Shown here: piece by piece, positions 26,460 to 35,579 of the stretch
Layout: every line of letters begins with the position of its first letter
How positions within the stretch are numbered: the first letter of the stretch is position 1
Origin: a virus
Reading direction: 5' to 3' (one strand)
Length of the DNA: 43,988 nucleotides
Virus record (IMG/VR): IMGVR_UViG_3300012944_000032
Translations under genes and position numbers: made by a program
The notes under the pieces: generated by a model
Told to the model about the DNA's origin: nothing
What the model saw: the letters and a program-made list of their open reading frames with translations, nothing else
Databases searched by the model: none

Positions 26460-26699
26460 ATGCCAACACCTCAGCTTCAAGTCGGATATCCACAAACAAT
26501 GGTAGTGGGTACTGTTTATGCTTTACCAGCTTCTAGATGTCTATTTTTCGCTGGCGGTACCGGAACGTTTACTCAGTCTAGCGATGCAGCATTTACAGTT
26601 CCTGTTGCATTGACACTTACAAGTGGTCAAGCAGAAGTCTCAGGTGCATTTATTAAATGCGCAGTTGCAGATACAGTTGTTACAGTTAAGAAATTATAA
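26460..26699 (+). CDS. Small beta-rich protein (79 aa)
   Basis: Coupled ORF with composition like the other small beta-rich proteins. Confidence 0.55.
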   Translation: MPTPQLQVGYPQTMVVGTVYALPASRCLFFAGGTGTFTQSSDAAFTVPVALTLTSGQAEVSGAFIKCAVADTVVTVKKL

Positions 26700-27082
26700 T
26701 GGGCACATTTGAGCCAGTTGGTGTTGTTGAGAGATACTGGCCGCTATTTCAAATTCCTGGCAACTCAGTTACTAAGTTATTTAACCATACAGAAATGTCA
26801 TCTAGTGACCATACAGTAGATGTACTATTGCCTAGTGAGAGTCAAAAGCTCATGATTCAATGGGTTTATGATAATTATAATAATTACTCTAATATTCAAC
26901 CTATTAATTTTGATTGGCTCATATATGGTTCATTAAATGGGGAAAATTTCTGTAAAGTTAAAGAATTTAAAAATCCTGACCCGCTTATTCTTGAAATGGA
27001 ATTTTGCTATTCGTATGTTAGAATTGAAACAGTAAGCGGTACAAGTCAGTATCCTCTTACTCTATATTGTATGGCGATTTAA
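26699..27082 (+). CDS. Hypothetical protein (127 aa)
   Basis: Coupled ORF (TAATG). Confidence 0.6.
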   Translation: MGTFEPVGVVERYWPLFQIPGNSVTKLFNHTEMSSSDHTVDVLLPSESQKLMIQWVYDNYNNYSNIQPINFDWLIYGSLNGENFCKVKEFKNPDPLILEMEFCYSYVRIETVSGTSQYPLTLYCMAI

Positions 27083-27091
27083 CAAAGGAGA

Positions 27092-28381
27092 ATGAAGATG
27101 GCAGCTAAAGCCGTTATCGTCGTTAACCCATCTGGACAAGCATTACCAAATGCTGAACCATATTTATCTATTGGTTCTCAGCATGAAACAATGCCGCTAA
27201 CTAATCAGGATGGATATTCACTTTCTGCACAGAGTTGGTCTGATGGTAACGGCTATCTTAAAGTTACTGCTAATGGATATCTCTCATATGTACAAATATT
27301 ATCTATTGATGGAGAGAATCAGAACATATTTGTTGGGGAGAATGGTACAGATGCTAATGCAGTAATTTTGCCTGGTTTGAAGACTGCGAGTGGTAACACT
27401 TTCCCTAGCTATCCCACAAGAGAAGAAGTTTGTAATGTCTTTTGTGGGTTTCAGGGTATCAATATTCTCACTAAACAGTATGGTTGGATTCCAGCATTCG
27501 GACCTGAATGTGGTGCATTAGATGATGAAGATACTATCTCATACTGTCAGCAAATGAAGGAGTTTGGATTTACCCATGTGGAAATGGACATTTCTTGGCA
27601 GTATTCAGAGCCAGATTTTAATTATCCTGTACGCGGTATGGACCTCGCTTATAATCTTGAAGAGGTCGCTAGACGGCTCGATTTAATTATTCGCCAAGGA
27701 ATGTTCGTTAAATTCTCTTTAGCTGGTGATGGAATGTCTGTCAATGACAATCCTCAACAGGGAGAATACAACGACCCACAAGGATGGACATATGGATTTC
27801 AATGGCTAATGAATAATGTACAAAGAATTATGTCATTCCTAAGTGATTATCAGGGACATGACTTAACTAAATTTTGTTTGTTTGTACCAGGATATGATGC
27901 TGTATTCTATGGCTGGGGAATTCCTAATGAGGTGCCTGACCAACAGCCGCAACGTGTGATTGATTTTGGTAATCATTTTAGGACTATTTTGCCAAATGGG
28001 TATCTTGGAATTGAACACTCTACTGGTAAAATTCCTGTTGGTGAATCTGGCAAGGATTGGTTAACAAATGGTCCTCTTGATTCTTATGATACATTACTAT
28101 CTGAATATGACCCATTTAATCTTCACTCCGATAATACCTGGCAAATCTTAAGCCGCTGTACCAGACCATATAATCGTCCATCAGACCAACCAGCTGATGA
28201 TGACACTAATCCTCCATATATCATTGAAGATTGTAGTCGTGGTAAAAGATTCTACATTATGTATGAATTGTTAACTTATCTCTGGGTTCGCAATGAAGTA
28301 AATTTAGAAGACTGTAATAATGCTTATGACTATTTTAAAGCAATGGCTCCATCTGCTACTTTGTGCATGGTTAAGTCTTAG
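27092..28381 (+). CDS. Hypothetical protein, possible glycoside-hydrolase-like enzyme (depolymerase or lysin candidate)
   Basis: SD AAGGAG. N-terminal beta-sandwich-like segment, then alternating beta/alpha segments (FTHVEMDISWQY...). The assignment is weak. Confidence 0.3.
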   Translation: MKMAAKAVIVVNPSGQALPNAEPYLSIGSQHETMPLTNQDGYSLSAQSWSDGNGYLKVTANGYLSYVQILSIDGENQNIFVGENGTDANAVILPGLKTASGNTFPSYPTREEVCNVFCGFQGINILTKQYGWIPAFGPECGALDDEDTISYCQQMKEFGFTHVEMDISWQYSEPDFNYPVRGMDLAYNLEEVARRLDLIIRQGMFVKFSLAGDGMSVNDNPQQGEYNDPQGWTYGFQWLMNNVQRIMSFLSDYQGHDLTKFCLFVPGYDAVFYGWGIPNEVPDQQPQRVIDFGNHFRTILPNGYLGIEHSTGKIPVGESGKDWLTNGPLDSYDTLLSEYDPFNLHSDNTWQILSRCTRPYNRPSDQPADDDTNPPYIIEDCSRGKRFYIMYELLTYLWVRNEVNLEDCNNAYDYFKAMAPSATLCMVKS

Positions 28382-29618
28382 CCTTCTTAGCCATGTACTT
28401 CTTGTACCCATCTAACGGCTCTCCTGCCAAATGAACCAGCCAATCCATATTACTTCCAATTCCGATTTTCTCGCGCTTAACCCAATTCATCTCAAGGAGA
28501 TTATCAATAATTTGGTCTAATGTAAAACTATTGAATATCCCATATCCACGCCATAATAGTTGTTTTCTCGACATCTCTTGACTATCAGCCGCTAACAGAT
28601 AGTCAATAACGGCTTTCGTACTAGCTGCCATTGGGTCTGGTCCTCTCCCATCAACAGTCCTCTTACTTGAATAAACAAGATTAGTTACTTTCTCAATTGA
28701 TTCTTCCATCGACAGTTCAGTTATCTCACCGTTAAAATCAAAATCAGCTAGTGTCAAACACATAGCTACTTTCAATACATGGTCTGGAACCCTATTCAAA
28801 AATCCAGTTTTATCATGTGTTTGACCACTACGCCACTTACGGCGCCATGTATTGAATAGTTCTCTTGCTTCTATTGATGGGGTTAATTGTCCTTTAAGAG
28901 ATGATATTTTACTAAGATGTGGTACGTACTTTGGCGATATATAATTATCAAATTTATCCCCATCACTTTTATCATCACCATCATCACTTAATAGGTCCAC
29001 ATTCTGTGACCTTTTTTCTTCGTAAACAATGAGATTCCTACCAATGTATCCCCCTTCGATATTCGCTTGGGGAATTGAATCATAAAAGTGAGCTGGTGAA
29101 CTACCGAATAATGCTGTAATATAAGGCTTCTTAAGCTTTTCAGCACCATCACCCTTAAGAAGATTGACCCATTCCGAGTTATAATTTCCATCGAACAGGT
29201 CCGTGAGAATCTGTAAGGCATCAGGGTCAGCTATGATGGCTGATGATAATTCGCCATTAATAATATACATTCTACTATCATCAATTGGTTTTTTACCTTC
29301 TACAGTCTTTGTAGTAGCTCCTTCTTTGACGATAGCTTGAATTGAGCTTCTTCCTTTAATGACTCTTGTAACTCCTGCATTTGTTACTAACTGAGCCGCT
29401 CGATTGATTGGAAATCCCTTACCAAGTCCAGACTCTCCTAGCAACATGATGTATAAGTTTGGCTTATATATCAAGTCACCTTTGAGCGTCTTCAGACTAT
29501 AGTTGTTACCGGCTGCTGCGCTAATGCAACTGATGAAACTCCACCATAGCCACGATTGGGGCGTCTCGACGTGTGAACACTCTGATACTAATGAATCTAT
29601 CCAGTTAAGTTGCCGCAC
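28371..29618 (-). CDS. P-loop NTPase, probable replicative helicase/primase-associated protein (VirE/DUF3987-like)
   Basis: GTG start. Walker A LLGESGLGKG near residue 60. Candidate Walker B MYIINGE. Last gene of the replication arm. Confidence 0.5.
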   Translation of the reverse strand: MRQLNWIDSLVSECSHVETPQSWLWWSFISCISAAAGNNYSLKTLKGDLIYKPNLYIMLLGESGLGKGFPINRAAQLVTNAGVTRVIKGRSSIQAIVKEGATTKTVEGKKPIDDSRMYIINGELSSAIIADPDALQILTDLFDGNYNSEWVNLLKGDGAEKLKKPYITALFGSSPAHFYDSIPQANIEGGYIGRNLIVYEEKRSQNVDLLSDDGDDKSDGDKFDNYISPKYVPHLSKISSLKGQLTPSIEARELFNTWRRKWRSGQTHDKTGFLNRVPDHVLKVAMCLTLADFDFNGEITELSMEESIEKVTNLVYSSKRTVDGRGPDPMAASTKAVIDYLLAADSQEMSRKQLLWRGYGIFNSFTLDQIIDNLLEMNWVKREKIGIGSNMDWLVHLAGEPLDGYKKYMAKKAKT

Positions 29619-29627
29619 GATTTAGCT

Positions 29628-29765
29628 TCAAGAAGTCTCACGCAATTTATCTCTTAGTTTCATAACCAAGTCAAATGCTCGTCGTTGCATATCGAGTGGA
29701 TATTGACTACCTGTCATGCCAATGATGATAATGTTAACTTCTTCTTTACTTAGTTCTATGTTCAT
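29628..29765 (-). CDS. Small ORF (45 aa), below the track cutoff
   Basis: My translation is MNIELSKEEVNIIIIGMTGSQYPLDMQRRAFDLVMKLRDKLRETS. Fills an otherwise empty gap. Confidence 0.4.
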   Translation of the reverse strand: MNIELSKEEVNIIIIGMTGSQYPLDMQRRAFDLVMKLRDKLRETS

Positions 29766-29922
29766 TCTTTCTCCTATCAGCAAATCTAGCTAGTTTGTCA
29801 TATAAAGTATCTATTAATTCTTCAGCTTCATCAGAACTCAAATTGAATGCATCTCTGATGGTAACTACGGCTATGCCAATGGCTGTTACAATTGCCATGT
29901 CAGATTCATCATCATTTATCAT
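29746..29922 (-). CDS. Small ORF (58 aa), below the track cutoff
   Basis: My translation is MINDDESDMAIVTAIGIAVVTIRDAFNLSSDEAEELIDTLYDKLARFADRRKNEHRTK. Overlaps its neighbours as elsewhere in this arm. Confidence 0.4.
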   Translation of the reverse strand: MINDDESDMAIVTAIGIAVVTIRDAFNLSSDEAEELIDTLYDKLARFADRRKNEHRTK

Positions 29923-30139
29923 TTCTGTTCTGTCTCCCTCTTTGCTTCGCTAATGCAAATAGTTTCTCGAAATAGTTTATTGGTAATTGATATGCTGAGC
30001 CAACAACCAATACATGAAATCCATTCTTATCGTATAAATCTTCTAGTTCTCCTGGATAAAACCATTCGTTAGTATCTAGCTGCTGTCCAAAAGCCCAGTT
30101 CTTTGCTTCATTGTAATTGCCTGCTATGATGCAAATCAT
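29912..30139 (-). CDS. Hypothetical protein (75 aa)
   Basis: ORF in the packed early operon. Confidence 0.55.
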   Translation of the reverse strand: MICIIAGNYNEAKNWAFGQQLDTNEWFYPGELEDLYDKNGFHVLVVGSAYQLPINYFEKLFALAKQRGRQNRNDK

Positions 30140-30142
30140 CTA

Positions 30143-30301
30143 TCACTCATGTTTCCACGGACATCTAAACTCATCACCAATTTTAGGTAATAGTTTACCA
30201 GTCCATTTATACCAATGTCCGCAATCAAGAATGAGCCAATAACCATTACTAGTATCATTTTTCTGTACGTCAATAATCTCTTGTAAGCTAGGCTCTGTCA
30301 T
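30143..30301 (-). CDS. Small ORF (52 aa)
   Basis: My translation is MTEPSLQEIIDVQKNDTSNGYWLILDCGHWYKWTGKLLPKIGDEFRCPWKHE. Confidence 0.4.
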   Translation of the reverse strand: MTEPSLQEIIDVQKNDTSNGYWLILDCGHWYKWTGKLLPKIGDEFRCPWKHE

Positions 30302-30473
30302 TTTCTTTTAGTTTTTTAATGATTGTGTGAAGATTAATCTTTATTTCATTAGTATTATGAGGTATGATTTCTCTTTTTGAATTAATCATAGTAGATTCAA
30401 ATACTAATTTATCAATTTCCCCAAGCATTACTTTTATACGATGTATGTACCAATCAGTACCCGGCTCGCTCAT
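30288..30473 (-). CDS. Hypothetical protein (61 aa)
   Basis: ORF in the packed operon. Confidence 0.5.
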   Translation of the reverse strand: MSEPGTDWYIHRIKVMLGEIDKLVFESTMINSKREIIPHNTNEIKINLHTIIKKLKENDRA

Positions 30474-30643
30474 CTTCGTTCAACCTCCACATTAACATCC
30501 AGTTTCTCAAATAGTATCTTTAATGCATAGTATACCGAATCAACATTTGGGGCATCATCTATAGTTACTATGAATTTACCATCTACAGATATATCAATAT
30601 TGTAATTATTTTTGGCGTGAATAATCACTTTAACTATACTCAT
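30470..30643 (-). CDS. Small ORF (57 aa)
   Basis: My translation is MSIVKVIIHAKNNYNIDISVDGKFIVTIDDAPNVDSVYYALKILFEKLDVNVEVERR. ATGA overlap with the downstream gene. Confidence 0.45.
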   Translation of the reverse strand: MSIVKVIIHAKNNYNIDISVDGKFIVTIDDAPNVDSVYYALKILFEKLDVNVEVERR

Positions 30644-30652
30644 ATTTTCATC

Positions 30653-30841
30653 TCAAAATGGAATATCATCGTCCTCCAAAAATGGATATGATGTCTTGGT
30701 TAATCTATCTTCAGCCGCTTTTAAAGATACATCTAATTGTGTATCTAATTCTTCAAATGAATTGGCTTCTATCCTGTCTCTTGACTTGAATAAGCCTGCT
30801 TCCCATATTACAATTACAACTTCGATTCTTATATCATTCAT
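30653..30841 (-). CDS. Hypothetical acidic protein (62 aa)
   Basis: ORF in the packed operon. Confidence 0.5.
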   Translation of the reverse strand: MNDIRIEVVIVIWEAGLFKSRDRIEANSFEELDTQLDVSLKAAEDRLTKTSYPFLEDDDIPF

Positions 30842-31013
30842 ATTCTATTTCATCAATTTCAATAATTACTTTATTTTTGCAATTAGTACATTCATATTGA
30901 CTTAGTAATTTAGTTGGCATATTTTCAGCTGCCATCCTATCAGAATGTTTCATATACACTTTAATGCTTTTGAATGCATGACTACAATTACCACAAACAA
31001 TCCTAATATTCAT
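30834..31013 (-). CDS. Small zinc-ribbon protein (59 aa)
   Basis: My translation is MNIRIVCGNCSHAFKS...YECTNCKNKVIIEIDEIEYE (CxxC...CxxC). ATGA overlap with the polymerase stop. Confidence 0.5.
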   Translation of the reverse strand: MNIRIVCGNCSHAFKSIKVYMKHSDRMAAENMPTKLLSQYECTNCKNKVIIEIDEIEYE

Positions 31014-33466
31014 ATTTTAATCGGTCTCATCTCAGAATAATTAGTGTCACTAAATTCAATTGAACATGGAATAGTTAACATGTAATCACGTTTCAAGCTA
31101 CAGCCAGAGAAATCAATTGGAACTTCAAAATGTTTCTTCATCAGCCTAGCATACGGTTCCCAGTTGTTAGCGGGAACCTGCATCTTTAGGCTATCATGGT
31201 CTTCACTTAGCCACATATGCTCTACATCGCCATTCAATTCATCTTCAATAGTTAATCCTGCACCTTGCACAAGATGTGCTACTGTTCTTTGCGGTATGTT
31301 TGCATATCCTTCTTTATAGAGCTGAGTGTCCATTCTTCCATTGAAGATACGAAGACCGCCATACGGGTCCACAATCGCTCTTGTGCTCTGGAGACAATCA
31401 ATGATATCCTTATGGAACTTATTTCTAATCCTTGGCGATGCGCCATGAAAAAGTTCAAGCATCTGACCAGAACGCCATTCAGATATAGACATAGGTATAT
31501 CGAACTTCTGAGCATCAGTATTGAAATTAACCATAAACTCATTTTTGCCCATGTCGTAATTCCCAGCGTGCCTAGTCTTTTTTCCACAGAACCTCTCAGG
31601 ACCATCCTTTTCCATTATGTCAACGACGGGAACAATACCAGTCGTCAGGACTAATTCTCTAGTATATCCAAATATCATTCCTGCCGTTCGTCTATGTATG
31701 TCAACCTTATCAAACGCCTCTAATAATTCCCAATCTTCTGCTAATACTGCCACGACCCTAGCTTCAGCTTGGCTGCTATCGGCTCCGATAATGACGTATC
31801 CTGGGTCGCAGATAAACATGCTTCGTATATCTTTGGCAAGTCTGCCATGTTTAGCGATAGTATGAAATGCCAATCCAATTTTCTTTGGTCTGACAGGCTT
31901 TTTGAGAATTCCAGTAGAGCTTCTGCAAGTCTCCGTTGCTGATATGCTGAAAGATGTTTTACACCTCCCATCATAATCTGGAGAGAAGCTGATGTTCCTT
32001 GACTTTTGAGTACGTATTCTTCGTTCTTCAAGGATGTTCGTAAGAATGTCTTTTTTCTCTTTTGTTTTAGCATGATTCCCCAGTAGTGCTACAATTGTGT
32101 CTTCAGATGTTGGATTGCGTTTCATAAATTTAAACTTCATTTCTTTATATAATAATTCAAACATCTGAGGATAGCTAGCTACATTTACTTCATGCCCTAC
32201 GAGTTCTGTTATCTTGTCATGAACTGCCTTAGCCATCTCTCCATACTTCTTAGATAGCTCTTTCTTTCTTGGCAAATCAATGAGGAAGCCGTTGTTCTCC
32301 ATCTTCAAATAGAATTTATGTTTCCTCATCATATACTTATAATAATAGTTCAACAGCTTTAATCCATAAACATCGCTTAAATCAATTAAGTCTTGTTCCT
32401 GTACCTCATCAATTTCATATGTAACGGCACAATCCTTAGCATTATATTTGAATAACTGTTCAACTTTCTGCTTGCCGAACTTAAACTCTTTGCCTTCCTC
32501 TTTGTAATAAGGCTCTCTTGTCCATAAAGACGATTGAACGTGGAGCTTCTTTTGTGGTAATTCTGGGAAGATAACTCTTGTCTTAATGAGGGTGTCGCTG
32601 TACAAGTTTGGGCATTGAAAACCAATAAGATTAAGTTTGAACTCGTCATACTTGAAGTTTTGCCCAATAATACGTAGCCGTCTGAGCTGGCTGTCAATCA
32701 ATCTCCATATTTCGTCAAGTTCATAGTCTCCCATATCAGTGAGCTTATGCTTACCAATAGTCCTAAGTAAAGGCACAGAGATTGCGTGGTGCCTGTTGAA
32801 AGCAAAGCCAACACAAACTGGCACGCAATTAATAGATTCGATATCAACCGACGCTTTGTCGAAGTTTTTGTATTTGTCGAAGAATCTGTAGAGGTCAAGC
32901 GAATTGTGACATATATCGAGTTCTTTATTCGGTAGAGATAACTGCCTACTTTTGGATTCTTCAACAGCCCGTGCAATATCTGATTCAATGAGCTTGATGT
33001 ACGTGTATTCAAGTCCACCTTTGTCACCTCGGTTAAACAGAGCGGCTGGATGTATAGTTGGGACTACCTTTGTAACGCCATCTTTAGCCAGGAGAATACT
33101 CCCGCGATAATTAAGTATGCCAGAATATCCAGTAATATGATTAAGAGCAGTATCCCCAATAGCCAAGATACACTTGGGTCTTCTCGGTTTGATTTCATCA
33201 TTCCAGAGATTCTCCGATTCCTTATTTATGTCAACACCTATTAAATGTAACTTCGTTAAGTCATTCATAGGTGGTTGATACTTGCATACATTAGTTATAT
33301 ATACATCACTTCGTCGAATATTTGCTTTTCTTAAACAATCATCAAATATTTCACCGGCTGGACCTGAGAATGGTACACCTGTCTCATGCTCATGTTTACC
33401 AGGTGCCTCTCCCACTGCCATTAAATCTGGCTCTAATGGACCGATCCCTCCTACGTATCTAGGCAT
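31010..33466 (-). CDS. Family A DNA polymerase with 3'-5' exonuclease and an N-terminal family-4 uracil-DNA glycosylase-like domain
   Basis: UDG4 motifs VGEAPGKHEHETGVPFSGPAGEIF and TIHPAA. Exo I motif VDIESIN. Pol motif A GADSSQAEARVVA. Motif C-like EDHDSL. Confidence 0.9.
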   Translation of the reverse strand: MPRYVGGIGPLEPDLMAVGEAPGKHEHETGVPFSGPAGEIFDDCLRKANIRRSDVYITNVCKYQPPMNDLTKLHLIGVDINKESENLWNDEIKPRRPKCILAIGDTALNHITGYSGILNYRGSILLAKDGVTKVVPTIHPAALFNRGDKGGLEYTYIKLIESDIARAVEESKSRQLSLPNKELDICHNSLDLYRFFDKYKNFDKASVDIESINCVPVCVGFAFNRHHAISVPLLRTIGKHKLTDMGDYELDEIWRLIDSQLRRLRIIGQNFKYDEFKLNLIGFQCPNLYSDTLIKTRVIFPELPQKKLHVQSSLWTREPYYKEEGKEFKFGKQKVEQLFKYNAKDCAVTYEIDEVQEQDLIDLSDVYGLKLLNYYYKYMMRKHKFYLKMENNGFLIDLPRKKELSKKYGEMAKAVHDKITELVGHEVNVASYPQMFELLYKEMKFKFMKRNPTSEDTIVALLGNHAKTKEKKDILTNILEERRIRTQKSRNISFSPDYDGRCKTSFSISATETCRSSTGILKKPVRPKKIGLAFHTIAKHGRLAKDIRSMFICDPGYVIIGADSSQAEARVVAVLAEDWELLEAFDKVDIHRRTAGMIFGYTRELVLTTGIVPVVDIMEKDGPERFCGKKTRHAGNYDMGKNEFMVNFNTDAQKFDIPMSISEWRSGQMLELFHGASPRIRNKFHKDIIDCLQSTRAIVDPYGGLRIFNGRMDTQLYKEGYANIPQRTVAHLVQGAGLTIEDELNGDVEHMWLSEDHDSLKMQVPANNWEPYARLMKKHFEVPIDFSGCSLKRDYMLTIPCSIEFSDTNYSEMRPIKI

Positions 33467-33672
33467 CCTTTTTTCTCTACATCTGTCATTCGCTTAATGA
33501 TAGATTCAGGTAATGAATTAACAACTTTATTATGTAGATGATTTATCCAGGAACATACATCACACAGATATGGATATGGTGTTTCATTGTCCCATTCTCT
33601 ATTTTTCCTACTAAGGCAACGGGAGCATAAATCGCTATATGCCTTAGAGATTCTATCTTGATGGCTTGGCAT
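33451..33672 (-). CDS. Small Cys-rich (zinc-binding) protein
   Basis: CSRCLS...YLCDVCSW. Confidence 0.55.
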   Translation of the reverse strand: MPSHQDRISKAYSDLCSRCLSRKNREWDNETPYPYLCDVCSWINHLHNKVVNSLPESIIKRMTDVEKKGCLDT

Positions 33673-33869
33673 TATTTAATTTGAATAACCACACCATCAG
33701 GCGTCTCGTGCATCTTAACAATCTGTTTAGATATATGAACTCTATCATCAGTAATATCAATAACGTGAGCAACTTTTAACCTATTAAATAAATTGTCCAT
33801 TATAACATTTAATTTAATTTCTATACTATCAAATAGATTCATAATCAGTTTAGCCTCTTCTACAGTCAT
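33672..33869 (-). CDS. Hypothetical protein (65 aa; the track ORF extends to 33944)
   Basis: The ATG at 33869 forms an ATGA overlap with the stop of the upstream gene. The longer form would overlap it by 79 nt. Confidence 0.5.
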   Translation of the reverse strand: MTVEEAKLIMNLFDSIEIKLNVIMDNLFNRLKVAHVIDITDDRVHISKQIVKMHETPDGVVIQIK

Positions 33870-34141
33870 ATTTCTATGTCCTCCAATTGCATTTCTTTTC
33901 TCTTCAGCCGCACCCATGCAATAGCATCTCTCATACTTGAGCAACGCCTTAATTGCTTTTCGTGAGTTTTGAACCAGCTAGCTAACAATAAATCTTGAGA
34001 TACAGAACCAATCGAGCGATTGAGAGCTTTAGCTGTCTTTTCTATTGTCCAATCGTTCTCATCCTTTAGTTGATGTATGTGGAACTTGTGAATATCAATA
34101 GCTCTCTCTATCCAGCTCTGCTTAACTGGTGGCTGTCTCAT
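33866..34141 (-). CDS. ParB-like helix-turn-helix DNA-binding protein
   Basis: WTIEKTAKALNRSIGSVSQDLLLASW resembles the ParB/Spo0J HTH pattern (xxAxxLGxSxxxVSxxLxL). Confidence 0.5.
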   Translation of the reverse strand: MRQPPVKQSWIERAIDIHKFHIHQLKDENDWTIEKTAKALNRSIGSVSQDLLLASWFKTHEKQLRRCSSMRDAIAWVRLKRKEMQLEDIEI

Positions 34142-34524
34142 CTCCGCCGTTCAAACCTGAATCCGTCTTGTTGAATAACTTCTTCTTTATCTTGTCCTCT
34201 CTCTGCTGCTATCTCTTCTTTACTACGACCTTGATTGTCCCTAGTGCCTCTGCACTTTGGATACTGTTTGCATCCCCAGAATGAACCATGCGGTCCTTTA
34301 CGTGATGCCATCTCCCCATCACATTCAGGACATTTAACATTCTCTAATATGGGCCGCTTTGTTATATCAGCCATATTATAATGGCTAAATAACCATGTAG
34401 CCAGTTCAATATAGTTAGTCCAACCAAGTGGTGCATTATCATTATGAACTTCAGATAACTTAAATGCTAATGCCCATTCTCTTTTACTTTCAATCTGCTC
34501 TTTGACGTATGTGAAATCTTCCAT
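34138..34524 (-). CDS. Protein with a topoisomerase-type C4 zinc ribbon
   Basis: CPECDGEMASRKGPHGSFWGCKQYPKCRGT matches the zf-C4_Topoisom pattern. Confidence 0.6.
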   Translation of the reverse strand: MEDFTYVKEQIESKREWALAFKLSEVHNDNAPLGWTNYIELATWLFSHYNMADITKRPILENVKCPECDGEMASRKGPHGSFWGCKQYPKCRGTRDNQGRSKEEIAAERGQDKEEVIQQDGFRFERRR

Positions 34525-34680
34525 AGATTCTCCAAAGACTGGCTGCTAGGACTATTTCCAGCCCAACACAACGGGGCTTGTGTCGGTCTATCCTAACTTT
34601 TTTATAGTATCTGCGGATGTAGAAGCCAGCATAGCTAACTAGAAACCAAGGCTAAACAACCAATCGAAAATTTCACCCGT

Positions 34681-34896
34681 TTATCGTCCCTCACATGCGA
34701 TGCATGCATTTGCAGTCATAACAGCCTCCCTAACCTTACGAATAGCGGCTGATTGGTCTGCTGATGGTACCGTATTATCTAGAATAGAACCAGCTAATAC
34801 TCGTGCAGCGTCCCTAATTTCCTGATACTGCTGAATCTGTTCAGGTCTAGGAGCGTGATACGTAAACCAGTTTTCTAAATCATTCATTGAAATCAT
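34681..34896 (-). CDS. Conserved phage protein of unknown function (71 aa)
   Basis: The FTYHAP...PEQ...Y..IRDAA...AIRKVREAVMTANACIA pattern recurs in many phages, from memory. I cannot name the family. Confidence 0.6.
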   Translation of the reverse strand: MISMNDLENWFTYHAPRPEQIQQYQEIRDAARVLAGSILDNTVPSADQSAAIRKVREAVMTANACIACEGR

Positions 34897-35117
34897 TAGA
34901 AATTATTCCTTTGCATAATATTAATAAGCTCTTCTAAAGCTGGATGCTTTTCAAATATTTCTTTGGCCCTCTTAACATCGGCAAGTTTAACCTCTGCCTG
35001 TTTGATAGCCATATCGAGTCTTTCTTTCATATTGGCTGGTCTAACTTGTGCTCCACTGTATGATGGGTTACTATAGGCCATTGATACATTTTCAGATGCC
35101 GGATTGTCAAATTCCAT
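34896..35117 (-). CDS. Hypothetical protein (73 aa; the track ORF extends to 35180)
   Basis: ATG at 35117 has GGAGA 6 nt upstream. The longer start has no SD. Confidence 0.55.
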   Translation of the reverse strand: MEFDNPASENVSMAYSNPSYSGAQVRPANMKERLDMAIKQAEVKLADVKRAKEIFEKHPALEELINIMQRNNF

Positions 35118-35186
35118 GAATTTTCTCCAAAGGCGTGGGTTGAAATAGGACATAAACAATGGTACTATTTCAACCCACATAATTAA

Positions 35187-35579
35187 TTACGCTGACAGCG
35201 GCCTGAAATCAACAACATCATTGAATTCATTGCCCTTGTTGCTCTTACCCCTCTTGATATAAATCATGAGCTTCTTGCCAATTTGAGCCTTAAATGACTC
35301 AGAATTGAGCTGGTCAGCCGTATATCCCTTTACTGGGTCTGGTGGTCCAAGAACCACTACAAACAAAGCCTTACCAAATCCCAATGCCTTCTCATTTAAT
35401 AGACGACGGGGAGAAATTCCCTTGTTAGGTCCATCAATAATCTTAAAGATGAAAATGCAATTTGTGCTACCATCTGTATCAGCATCTTCTTCTTTGTAGT
35501 CAGTAATTTCAGCTGGATGCCAGCCGACTTCTGCTAGGTCTCCCTTTTTCAGGTCATCGGGGGTAAGTGCTGCTCTCAT
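35187..35579 (-). CDS. Putative ssDNA-binding protein (DUF669-like)
   Basis: 130 aa, directly downstream of the Sak4-like ATPase, as in many phage recombination modules. The sequence pattern match is weak. Confidence 0.4.
   Translation of the reverse strand: MRAALTPDDLKKGDLAEVGWHPAEITDYKEEDADTDGSTNCIFIFKIIDGPNKGISPRRLLNEKALGFGKALFVVVLGPPDPVKGYTADQLNSESFKAQIGKKLMIYIKRGKSNKGNEFNDVVDFRPLSA

Noticed and set aside
31265-33244. Several 64-129-aa ORFs on both strands inside the polymerase gene
   Set aside because: They are nested in a gene with clear polymerase motifs. None has a start context or a recognisable sequence.
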